A DNA stretch of 20,000 nucleotides. Origin: Chiloscyllium plagiosum. Taxonomy: Eukaryota. The stretch spans positions 3,875,577 through 3,895,576 of the forward strand of contig NC_057756.1 in assembly GCF_004010195.1 (NCBI RefSeq), given 5' to 3'. Of this stretch, positions 8,832 through 20,000 are shown piece by piece. The position numbers and the translations under genes are program-made. Position 1 is the stretch's first letter. Each line of letters starts with the position of its first letter. Below the pieces are notes generated by a model, which saw nothing but the letters and a program-made list of their open reading frames with translations, was not told where the DNA came from and did not search any database.

Positions 8832-11144
8832 ACCAAATAATTTCCAAGTTATCATTTTTACCGCAAAAATTGTTCTAAATTATTTCAATTGCTCACCTGA
8901 GATGTTGATGCGAAGATCAAATGTCTGAGAGCCATGTACAAATTCTTTCGTATTGCTTCTCCCATGAATCAGTAAAATAAAATCAATTCATGCAAGCAAA
9001 CTGTAATTTTTTGATCAACCATTTATATTTTTGCATTATATTCTGCAGCACAGTTTCTTACAATGCACTGTAACCTCTTACAGGTTGCCAAACTTGCCAA
9101 ACGTCTTTGTAAAATCCACCTGCATTGCAATAGCTGCCTCTTTCGTACTCATAGTACATGTTTGTCTTTAAACAAAAACAAAACAAATAGGTTAAACGTT
9201 ATTGGTATTTCAGAAATTTCTTGTAGCTAGTCATATTTGTTTCGTGGAAATGCTAAGTTAATATTTGATGCAGCCACATTTAACTGACAGACGTCATTCC
9301 TTTTTGGCAGAGCATTTTTTGTTTGTGGTCTCCCTAACCTCTCTGAAAAAACGCTACATTTTTACTTTTCTGCACAATGTCGTCTCTCAAGAGTCCACTC
9401 CGTTTATGGTATTTCAAAAGCAGCACATTTCCGAATTAATGAACCACATGCTTTGTTCCTGTGATGAAGTCCATCAGGCCCAGAGACCTCTTAGTCCTCA
9501 GTTCCATCATGTATCTCCCTCAGCATTACTTTACTTATGATTAGAATTTAATGAAGTTTCTGCTCTTTCAGTCATCAGAGTTTAGGTACTTGTGACATAC
9601 CTTGGATTTCACATTCACAATACAGACGCTATTCCACCGTAGGTTCAGTCCTGCCTGATCCCACAGTCTGCTGAACATCGTACGTATTTGTCGAATTAGA
9701 AATGCAACCAACAGATCGTGTGAATACGTTTACCGTTTTCATTGAGCAAATGTTTGTTTGGAATTAAAGATCCGAGTGCACTATTAGGAAAGATAACTTA
9801 ATTAATGCTCAATGTGCAATCTAATGAAACGCAACCTTAAAGTAAATGGCACAAGGGGAGGGCAGAGGAATATTGTGAAACGTGATGTCAAGTCTGGGAG
9901 GCGAAAACAATTGAAGCATCAGTGTTAATGCATATAGATCAATCAAATTCATCCAACCAAATATTAAGTAAAGAGAGACAAAACGGCAGTACAAAATGCA
10001 GAGTGTAGACAAGGTTATGTTCCTTCAGTATTTGTGCAATTTAAAAAAAGTTTTATGGAATGGTAATTTCACTCTTATCAGTTTAATTGAAATTGCATCG
10101 TATCATTAAGAAAATATAACGAGTTACGGGAGCCATTCAGCGTAGAAACAATCAAGACGTATTTCAAAACAATTCTTTACCATGAAGTTAACTTACAACA
10201 TCTAAATAGCAGCCGTTGTAAACTGCAATTGCAACTCAGACGGACTGTTCCTTTGATCACTCATCCTGGATTGGAGGAGGAGTCTCAATTTGTCAGTTGT
10301 GACTCAGAATTGGAGCAACTTTATGTTAGACTTGGTTTTGAGGACTTAATAAAATTGTCAGAAAGTAATATCCTTCCTGATCTACCACGCTATTCTTAAT
10401 ACTGATATCGGAGGCGTTCTTACAGAAAAGGAAATGCTCAGGTTCTTCATATCTTAAGTGTTGCAAGTCGCGAATTTGGGAAGGAAAAATCATCAGAAAC
10501 ATTGGAAGATCCCAACGACAGAGGATGAAATCTTGAGTTTATGGGAGGACCTAATGCTGTCCACAGAATTGTCTTTCATTACTCACGTGTTAATTGGATG
10601 AGATGTGTAAATTAGGGGGATGTGGCTAACAATGACATCAATGGTGAATACAATTATTGCCACGTGACCCTGAAACGTTTGTTTTCTAATACCACTCCAG
10701 TGCGACATTTACCTCCAATCTGAGCTGTGATTAATAGGGCAAATGGGATCGATGTGAAAGCCAGATTGGGAATAGTCTCTGACCTCTTCTAATTATTAGA
10801 TTAAAAAAGTTTTAATAAAGATCACAAAAAATAAACTGTTCTTTGATATTTCTTCTGCAACAACACAATTCAAAGAACTATATCAATAACAATTCTGCAA
10901 TGCCTCGAAGCATCCCAGCATATTCATTTAGATTACAGACATCATAAAGTTCAAATCATTGTAAATATAATAGTTTCCTCCGAACAAAAACACAACAAAA
11001 CATGCAGTTACATATATAATGCAATTCCTGTTAGGTACAAACAGCATGTATATGTAGCTCAGAAAACGAAAGCATCCACAAACCAATACAAGGCCACTTC
11101 TCTTTTAGCAACCCAACAATATCCTTAGGCTGTCCAATGACAAC

Positions 11145-11616
11145 TGCAGAGAAGCCTGGCTGTTCAGGTCCATTGAACCCAGAAAGTCGCAATGCCAGTC
11201 GATAGAGTGGTCAAGAAGGCATACGGCATACGTTTCTTCATTAGATTGCACATTGAGTACAAGAGTTGATTGGTCATGTTTCAGTTATCTCAGATTTTGT
11301 TTCGGCATCAGTTGGAACATTGTTTACAGCTCTGGTCGCCATGTTACCAAAAGGATGTGGATAGTTTGTGCAGGATGCAGAGTAGGTTCACTAGTATGTT
11401 GCCAGTTATGGAGGACACTAGCTATGAAGAGATGTTGCATGGATTAGGATTATTTTCATTAGAAAGCAGAAGTTGAGGACGGACCTGATTGAGGTCTAGA
11501 AAATCATGAGAGGTAGAGACAAGATGGTTAGCAAACATTTTTCGTTTCTCGTTGTGGGAGAATCAATTACTAGGTGTCACAAGTTTAAGGTGAGCGGGGA
11601 AAGATTTAAGGGAAGT
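11145..11616 (+). mobile_element. CR1 LINE 3'-region fragment lacking its tail
   Basis: Translates to RHQLEHCLQLWSPCYQKDVDSLCRMQSRFTSMLP...SYEEML...LGLFSLESR and ITRCHKFKVSGERFKG, homologous to the 2150-2650 region of the large CR1. Confidence 0.9.
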
Positions 11617-13538
11617 CAGTGTTTCATCCAGAAACACAGAACTGCCATGGGGACTAAATTTGCACCTCAATACGCCAAAATCTTCATGCATATGTACAAC
11701 CATATTTCTTCTCAACGCAGGACCTCCAACCAATAATATACATCAGGTACATTGACGAAATTTTCTTGGTCTGGGCGCATCACGAGGAGTCGCTAAAACA
11801 ACTAACATTGATATCAATAAGTTCCCTCCCGTCATCAAATTCAGCATGGACTACTTTCTACCATTGTTCTAATTCTTGAACACATGCATCTCCATCAAGG
11901 ATGGGCAGCACAGCACCTCACTCGACCGCAAATCCACAGATAATCTTATGATGTTACATTTTTCCAGTTTCCACACGAAACATATTAAAACAGTCGTCCC
12001 CTATCCACAAGCCTGACGCATACACATGATCTATTTAGATGAGGAGGAACGCGACGGGCACCTGGAAGTGCTCAAGGATGTCCTCGTAAAACGGGATAGA
12101 ATGTTAAACTCAGTGATCACCTGTTCCAATGCGCCACAGCGAGAAATGAACTCCTCAGGAGATAGACATGAGCTGCAAACTTCATTATCCAATGCTTCCC
12201 AAGACCGAAAAACTATGTCATTTTCTTCGCAGACTGCAACACGTTATCAATGAGGCTGAGAACTTTGCCAAGACTTTCCCCACACATCCTGTTTTCCCTT
12301 TTAAATAACCACCAATCCTCAAACACATGATTTTTCGTAACAAACTACCTGGCTTTCAGGACAACACCATGCAACCATGCCACGGTAGACGATGCAAGAA
12401 TGTCAGAATGTCGACACGAATGCCACCATTCTGCACCGGGACACCTCCCACATGTACGTGGCAGCTACTCATGTGACTCGCCAACCTTGCCTATCACATA
12501 GGCCGCAGGCATGTTACATTGCCAAAATCAAGCAGAGGCTATGTCAATGGATGAATGGACACCACACAACAATCAACAGACCGGACTGTTCCCTCCAAGT
12601 CGGAAAACACTTCAGCGGTCCAGGACATTCGACCTCGGACCTTCAGGTGACCGTCCTCCAAGGCAGACTTCGGGACAAGCAACAACGAAAAGTGGACGAG
12701 CAATGGCTGATTCCCATGTGCATGGCCTCGGCCAGGAGCTTGGGTTCATGTCACACTGCAGGTCACCCAATTGCACAATACACACAATTAGACAGAAGCA
12801 CACGCACAGACAGACACACAGACACAAAGACATAGGCACTTCTACACATGCTCGCATGTGCGCACACATGCCCACCCACTCCTACAGACCAAAACACTCA
12901 CGCAGGCACTCCCTTATATGTTCACACATATACTCCCATAGTCACACATACACCCTTTCACAGACGTATATCCAGTTACACTCACACTCATACACATACA
13001 GATGTTGTCTCACAGACATTCATAACTCCCACACGCCACACATACATCTACATGCAAGCATATACATATAAGTTTATGGGTGAATTTGTACTTACAGAAT
13101 TACATTTTACTTTGCGCAATAACTGCATGAATACATGCAAGATTCTGTAAATCCTTTTTTCAGATTAGAATTTGTCTGACAACTGTGGCACAGACATTCT
13201 CACACAGGACAGCTCATAACTGCATTATCTGGGGTGACATGATACTAATCGTTAACGTTCACTTGAGAATGTAACTTGTAAAACAGTTTTGCGGTTGACA
13301 TATGAAAGAACTGAAACCAACATGGTCACTCTAAAAGGTGGGAGAATTAACAAACGATCCAGGTTTTATTCAATATATAATTTCAGTTACTTCACACTTC
13401 AAATTTTGGTATAAATTCTGTATCTTAAGAACTTATACTCCATAACCACTGAATGAAGAAGCTGCGCTCCGAAAGCTGGTGCTTCTAAATAAACCCTTTG
13501 AACTATAACCTGGGGTTGTGCGATTTTTAACTTTGTAC
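11617..13538 (+). mobile_element. 5'-truncated, decayed Penelope-like element (RT + GIY-YIG endonuclease, CA-rich 3' region, terminal pLTR-like segment)
   Basis: RT motifs TAMGTKFAPQYAKIFM, RYIDEIF (YIDD-type, 11748-11759) and RKSTDNLMMLHFSSFH. GIY-YIG-region motifs CYIAKIKQRLCQWMNGH and VGKHFSGPGH...RKVDEQWLI. Many stops and frameshifts. Terminal segment has a hammerhead-like motif and AATAAA at 13488-13493. Confidence 0.9.
13446..13481 (+). ncRNA. Decayed minimal hammerhead motif at the Penelope 3' terminus
   Basis: CCAC-TGAATGA-A-GAAGC-TGC-GCTCC-GAAA-GCTG-GTG. CUGAUGA-like box, stem II with one mismatch, GAAA, palindromic AGCT helix III and CAC/GTG stem I. The core and cleavage triplet are mutated. 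Confidence 0.6.
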
Positions 13539-15355
13539 ATTTAAGCAACTATGGTGAAACAAAATTTGGTTCGCAGTCGAACTCGATTTTCTTAACGAAA
13601 TGCTCCTGACTAAAAACGCCAGGTGTATTTTTTTGTCCAAACTGTCACAATGTTTACCTCTGTTCATTCGCAAAATTGTCTTACCAACGACTATGCAGGT
13701 CTTTAAGCTGGGCCATTGGAATTTCGTTCCGCTCGGATATCGGATTGGCTTTCTTCCAACTCGATTTCGTAGGTCAGCATTGATCTTCTCCCGTATCTTC
13801 TTGGGTTGTTGCATGTCGTTCTACCACATGCCTTGTTGTGAGTCTTCACTTCGACGTGACTTCAAGGTACTTTTATTCCCGTTGCCCCCGGTCTCTGCGG
13901 GTGTTCTGTAATGTTTGAAGTAATGAATACAGTTCAAATCAGTAAATGGAGGAGAGTTAACGTATTTCACTATTGATGGGAAGCTTTGAAACGTGCACAA
14001 ATGAAATGAACTCAAGCTGCCAGAATGTTTCATCAATACTGTTCTAATACACAACACTCGGACTGTTGGTTCGGAGTTTTCTCTGACACTGCTGATTTCT
14101 TTGGTCTGATTCTGATAACTGAACTCTGTGACAAACAACTGCAGGTTCAAGTATAATTTAGTTTAATTAATTTTCTTTCAGGGTACAGTTCCCTAAATAT
14201 TGATGCTTTTAGATATTTTTCTGACACTGTGTTTATTTGAGTACACTTGATATCTCATTCACGTGTATGTTATACATAAATCAATCAATCTCTTATTCGA
14301 AAATCATGCTCTATTCTGGCACCATGACATTTCCACACCTGACATAGCTGTGATGCTGTGCAATGCTATGACTGGCAATCAAAAGTTGGAAATTCCTACG
14401 TGGTCCAAAAATTTATTTTAAGTCTTGTTCGCATAATTTCATGAAATAACTATCTCTCCTTAAACGCATACCTACTTCTGCCCCAAGTACCGCTCTACAA
14501 AACCTGGAAACCAACCATATACTGCTTAGCTGGAAAAATTATGAAGTGTCTTTCATCCCATTACTCGTTTGGTATTCTACCACCGTCACAGTATCCATTG
14601 ACCACTACGTTGTGTAATTGTCTCACTAGATTTATACAAAATTGAGGTCTGAATTGAAATAGTGCTCTTACATTCCACGGCTCTTGCATCACAATATATG
14701 ACCAATATATTTTCATTTTGATATCTGTTGGTAAACTGGTTATTAGAATACATAAAAGACAAAATATAACAGTTTGGTCTTCTCAAAATAATGCGTAGTT
14801 TGAATTTTCTTGATAGGTATGTGCTCCAGTAATGTTATCAGAATGCATTAATGAAGGAATCCCCTTTTTATAGATGGACATTCCATCTGGTAGAAGAGAA
14901 AAGAAGGCTGGAATGAAAAATTGCTCGATATTGCAACTTTTCATAAAAGGTCATTACCAGCGCTGAAACTTTTTATATAAATGATATCTTCTCATATGCC
15001 TGTATTATTATTTTAACTTATTCTCACACTCAAGCAAATAATCACTCCATTTACAAAATCTTTTTCCACTGCACTCTTTTTGAAACACATTTGATTTTTA
15101 AAAAGCATTTATTTTAAAATTGGTTTCATCACCCTTTCATTGTTCTCTTGTGTAAGGTATATGTTTTCCCTTGCCGCTCTTTATACTTTGATGAATGATG
15201 TGATCATCTGTCCATCTTGTTTAAGTTGTACTGTTCATTTCCGGACAGGTTATACTCTCAAAGTCACCGTTCAACTTCACGGTGAATTTTGGCCCTTCAC
15301 TTCAGCCGTCAATTACGTTATTATGTTGGTACTTGGAGAATTCAGCAATCCATTC

Positions 15356-15384
15356 ATATGTATATATATATATATATATATATA

Positions 15385-15436
<52 letters not shown>
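15356..15436. repeat. (TA)n microsatellite, interrupted
   Basis: Two TA runs separated by ATGTGTG. Confidence 0.98.
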
Positions 15437-15441
<5 letters not shown>

Positions 15442-15669
15442 TCTTAACTGATCTATTTCCTCCTCTGATATTCCAGGTCAGTAAAATTTAACGAGTTGTC
15501 ATCCACATGCATTCGCATTGTGTTACGAAATTAAAACGCAAAGCATCACATATTCTTCTCTCTTCAAATGGCCCATCATGTTCAATTACTGTAAGGCAGA
15601 CGGTAACTTGGGGTGCCTTTGTCTGAGCTCCTGAATTAATGATGTCATATGACACAATGCTATGCGAGT

Positions 15670-15893
15670 ACAGAAGCAAATTACTGCAGATGCTAGAATC
15701 TGTACTAAAAGTTAACACTTCTGGAAATCGCAGCGGGTCCGGTAAAATCCGTTTAGATAGAGCAAGCCAACGTTTCATGTGTTGATGATGAAGAGCCTAA
15801 TGAAGATTATCCAGACTTGAAATGTTAGCTTGCTCTCTCTCCACGGATGCTGCCTAATCCAATGTGATATCCAGCATATTATTCTTTCGTTTA
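15670..15893. mobile_element. Older foldback hammerhead-type element of a different subfamily
   Basis: Tail ACTGCAGATGCTAGAATC. Imperfect arms about 15721-15777 and 15818-15874 (AGAGCAAGCCAACGTTTCA / TGAAATGTTAGCTTGCTCT). Centre CCTAATGAAGATTATCCAGACTTGAAATGTTA resembles a decayed hammerhead. Confidence 0.75.
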
Positions 15894-16193
15894 CACCACG
15901 TAAGTATGACATTAGTTATGGGAGATACTAAAACTTGCTACTGCACGTAGTTATCTCAACAAATGTATCATCATAAACACCGTTGTTACTGCTATGATTT
16001 TCCTAACACATGTATAGATTGAAATCTGCCAGAGGCATTGCCTCTTAACAAAATAACCATTCGTCCAAAATTGCAGCTACTATTAAGGGCTGTCTGTTGA
16101 TATTAGGGACTCAAATCCACTATGAATGATCATGTCCTCACCTGTGTATACCATTTTTTTTTTTTGGATTTGTTGTGCTATTCAGTCTCAGAT

Positions 16194-16499
16194 GGGCGGC
16201 ACGGTGGCACAGTGGTTAGCACTGCTGCTTCACAGCGCCGGAGACCCGGGTTCAATTCCCGCCTCAGGTGACTAACTGTGTGGAGTTTGCACGTTCTCCC
16301 CGTGTCTGCGTGGGTTTCTGCCTGGTGCTCCGGTTTCCTCCCACAGTCCAAAGATGTGCAGGTCAGGTGAATTGGCCATGCTAAATTGCCCGTAGTGTTA
16401 GATAAGGGATGATGTATGGGTGGGTTTCGCTTTGGCGGGTGGGTGTGGACTTGTTGGGCCGAAGGGCCTGTTTCCACACTGTAATGTAATCTAATCTAA
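16194..16499 (+). mobile_element. HE1-type tRNA-derived V-SINE, full length
   Basis: A box TGGCACAGTGG, B box GGTTCAATTCC, V-domain CTGTGTGGAGTTTGCACGTTCTCCCCGTGTCTGCGTGGGTTT...CTCCGGTTTCCTCCCACAGTCCAAAGA, CR1-like tail GGGCCGAAGGGCCTGTTTCC..CTGTAATG(TAATC)n. Confidence 0.95.
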
Positions 16500-17828
16500 C
16501 ATTGTCAGGTCCCAGCAAAGTCACTGCTAATGTGTTAAAATTAAATTGATATAATTCAATGTCCTTCGTTAAGTTCGTTAGTACATCTTTTGGACGGCAA
16601 GTGAATTCAATTCCAACACATAATATTTATCATGTTCACAGCAGTATCACATAGTTACTGTTGCTTCATATTTTTACTTCTACCTCTTGTTTCTTGACCC
16701 TGTTTTCAGAAATTGAGAATTATACGTTACGTTTAATCCCCTGCCCCAATTTCTTCCATTGCATTTTTACTCATTTTTTTTTACAAGAGTTGATCCCTCA
16801 TCGTGTTTATTTAATTTATTGCCATTTACATACCTTGTTATACCATTCGTGAATGGAACGGTTGTGGCACAGGCCCCACCTCGACAGTGCTGGACACACT
16901 ATTTGAAAATGTTCCCAGAGAAAGTGCTGACGTCAAACGAACTAGAACCCAAGCATTGCCTTTCAAATTTTCATTCATGCATTCACAAACAGAATCATGT
17001 TCATCTTTGCCAGTTTGTCTCTGGATAAACAGTAATCTGAACATAAATGCCTTTTCGTTTTTGCGTTTATATTAAACTTACATTGTCTCATGCTGGCTCA
17101 GCCGACCTACTGGGCGATTTATTCCCATATTTTTCGCACTAATATGGATTTCAACCACCAATCCCTCGCTCCCTCCATCATGTAATTATCCAACACATTT
17201 TATCACGGACAGACAAAAAAAAATCTGAACTCTCCAGACTCTCATAAATTAACGACGTGAAAAGTGACAAATAAGTGGAATATGCGTTCTCAACTTCACA
17301 TCTTTTACGTCCTCCCATTTGAGTGGCCTCCTTTACCTGGTTGTCATGAACACTTAGCTGATGCATTATGCAGCTCTCATTCTCAGTGAAAAATAATGAA
17401 AAAGAGAACTTCTCACATTAAGTAAAAATCCCAGAAACTGAGAGTTCTGTGTTCTAGTCCTCTGAATTTTAATATCTCTGTAACTTTCAATCACAAGATC
17501 CCGTCAGTGATCATTGACAAAGTCATAACATTCATTTCTGAAGGAGAAGTTCCATAGAATGAAGCGTCCACGTAATATTACACGTATCCAATTGCTATAA
17601 TGTCTAAAGCTCAGCTTCCACGTCAAGATGTGTGTTATTTACTCCCCATTATATTGTAATGTATTTTGAGCAAGCTCTTCGTTTCGTGGGTTGGTTAACT
17701 GTCCAGACAATTCCCTACTAAAGTCCAGAAACTCTGTTCTATGGTAATAGAATAATTAGCGCTTTCCATATGAAATCTCTACTGGAACTGAATTTTGGCT
17801 CACTACTGCAGGACACATTAAATAATTG

Positions 17829-17892
17829 TTATCACTATTATTATCATTATCATCTCATCCCTTATCATTATCATCATCTCCATCAACATCAT
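17829..17892. repeat. Degenerate (CAT/TAT)n low-complexity repeat
   Basis: ATCACTATTATTATCATTATCATCTCATCC...CATCAACATCAT. Confidence 0.85.
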
Positions 17893-18419
17893 GCAGGATC
17901 CCAGGACATATATCTGAAGCAGAAAGAAGGTAATTTGAGAGAAATGATAACGATTTTGATTCAAATTTGAAACAAAGCAATTATTAGTAGCTTCACAGTT
18001 ATTGCATCTGCTTTGCTTTGAAATTGACAAGAATCACAAATTTCATCTTAAATGGTTTATATTTGCAATCATATTCGCCACAAGTGGTATCATTTCATTG
18101 CTGAATTTCATACTAGGTAGTGGACAGTCTGACATTCAAATCGATGCACACCCTGATAACGAAACCAAAACTCATTGCTTGCACAAATATTTTGGGCAAG
18201 AAGACAATCTCAATTACTTAGAAGTGCCAGTGTGACTGCAAAACGTGAAAATTAATAAACAGATAATTGAAACGGTGCAAATGAAATCCATTTTGTTGAG
18301 CAAAACTGTGATTAAAAACAACTAAATAACACCGTATGAAGCTGAATCAAATTATAACAGAAACGCAATTGGAATACTTTATATTTATTTGGAGTCAAGT
18401 AAACCTTTGCCATTGTGTC

Positions 18420-19780
18420 TGCGTATCTTGAGGCAGAAGGATGTTTTTCCGGCCATTCCTGAGCTTAAGTATATGCGAGCAATAATATTATGCAAGGAAT
18501 GAAAGATTCTCTTGATGAGTTAATTGGACGGGACGGGGGGGGGGGATTAAGAAATGTGGGGACGTAAGCTGTTGCGATCAGCAGTGATGAGACAAAATTG
18601 AATGTTGAGAGTGTTGCAGACTCAGAGCGACGAAGGTAAGTAGACATGGCAGTCAAGAGGAGAAAACGAATACTGCAGATACTGGAGATCAGAGTCGAAA
18701 AGTGTGGTGCAGGAAAAGCACAGCCAGTCATGCAGCATCCGAGGAGTAGGAGTAGTCGTTTCGAGCATAATCTCATTTTCAAGAAACTGGTAGGCAAGCG
18801 CACGATAAACAATGAGGGAAGACTGATAAATTAAATTTCATTTATCTCATGAATTTTGACAGACAAAGAGACGAATTGAGGGCATAGATTGTTACATGGG
18901 GCTGCAATAATCAAGCTATTACAGAAGCATGGCTGAAAGAAGGACCAAACAGGCACCACAATGTTCTGGAGTACTGATGGCATTGGAAGAATTTAATGGG
19001 AAGCAGGAGACGTGAGGAGCGAATCTTTTAATTGTGAAAAACATCACAGCAGTACTAAGAAAGGGTATTAAGGGATCATCCATTAATATTATACTTGGCT
19101 GAAACTGGAAAAGTAGAAGGATGTGATCATTTTTATCGGTTTGGAAGAGAGGCCCTAAAGTAGTATATGGGAAATTAAAGGCCAAATATATGGAGCGAGA
19201 GTAGATAGCTGAAAGGATAACAATGTTGTAGTAATAGTTGTTGTAACTTTCCAAGCATAGATTGTTACTGCAATAGCATTCAGGGCTTCAATGGGGAGAC
19301 ATTTGATCAGTGTGTTGAGGAAATTAGATTGAAGATAATTATTTGCAGAACGTCCTACAATATAATGGTTAAAATACCTATTTGACCTGCAAAATAAGGC
19401 AAGAGAAGTGATTCGGGTGTCAGCTGGTGAGCTCTTTTGGATCATTGACTATGTTTTTACTAGTTTTACAACAGCAACCAGAATGGATTGGCGTACAAAA
19501 CTTAAGTATCTAAATTGGGGAAAGGCCAGCTCGACATGAACTTTCGAAAGTTGTTTGGTGGAGGCTGTTCACAGGTACATGGATATCTGGCAAGTGAGAG
19601 GCTGTCAAAGGTGAGATAACGGACATTAACTAATAGCATGTTCCTTATCGTGTGAAGGGTAAAGTCAGCATGAGTAGGAATATTGGATGACAAGACATTC
19701 GAGGCTGGTGTCAAAATAATAAAGGAGGAATATGTCAGGTTTAGGCAGCTAGGATCAAGTGAATTCCTCACGGAGAGGAG
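18420..19780 (+). mobile_element. Old CR1 fragment (ORF1 end/linker plus endonuclease region of ORF2)
   Basis: Decayed homology, in the correct order, to the large CR1: DELRA, AITEAWLKEG, NVLEY, KNITAV, NFPSID, LNWGKA and later linker sequence. The 18420-18655 part is weaker. Confidence 0.8.
18657..18786 (-). mobile_element. Single-arm copy of the hammerhead-type element nested in CR1
   Basis: GAGGAGAAAA..ACTGCAGATACTGGAGATCAGAG..GGAAAAGCACAGC..GCAGCATCC..CGTTTCGAGCATAA aligns with the long arm of the 3005 and 3758 elements. It ends at the decayed hammerhead. Confidence 0.85.
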
Positions 19781-19804
19781 TGGCAAGACATGTAGACAGA
19801 GAGA

Positions 19805-19917
19805 CTGATAGATCGATCGATCGATCGAGATGTTGGTATCGATAAACAGATAAGTAGATAGATAGATGGATGAGAGATAGATAGACAGACAGATAAGTAG
19901 ATAGATAGATAGATAGT

Positions 19918-20000
<83 letters not shown>
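19805..20000. repeat. (GATA)n microsatellite with GATC/GACA variants, running off the window end
   Basis: Directly visible tetranucleotide array. Confidence 0.98.

Noticed and set aside
10655..10690. GTGACCCTGAAACGTTTG as another hammerhead element
   Set aside because: No CUGANGA box or recognisable arm; too short to support.
12511..13150. His/Thr-rich ORFs (186 aa, 100 aa)
   Set aside because: Off-frame Penelope sequence plus CA-rich low-complexity 3' region.
16194..16265. tRNA-like sequence with A and B boxes
   Set aside because: It is the head of a SINE, continuing into the V-domain and LINE tail; not a tRNA gene.
17770..18030. ORFs with His/Tyr or Met/Ile runs
   Set aside because: Translation of the (CAT/TAT)n repeat.

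Overview
AT-rich, repeat-dominated vertebrate DNA, inferred to be shark (cartilaginous fish) from HE1-type V-SINEs and HER1/CR1-type LINEs. No host protein-coding gene can be named. The largest feature is a decayed, nearly end-to-end CR1 LINE on the minus strand (about 1988-5908). It has a tandem-monomer 5' UTR, an internally deleted esterase-type ORF1, and an APE+RT ORF2 interrupted by two TSD-flanked foldback insertions. The window also holds a 5'-truncated Penelope-like element (RT + GIY-YIG, about 11617-13538) fused to a CR1 fragment, two HE1-type SINEs (one heavily rearranged), more CR1 remnants and microsatellites. The most interesting signal is a set of about five short, non-coding, mostly palindromic elements. 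Their centre of symmetry lies at a minimal type I hammerhead-ribozyme motif (CUGAAGA-stemII-GAAAC-GUC), and three of them are nested in CR1 copies. The Penelope-like element carries a related, decayed hammerhead at its own 3' terminus. A few unassigned candidate exons are reported at low confidence. All family assignments come from motif recognition by eye; no database searches were run.
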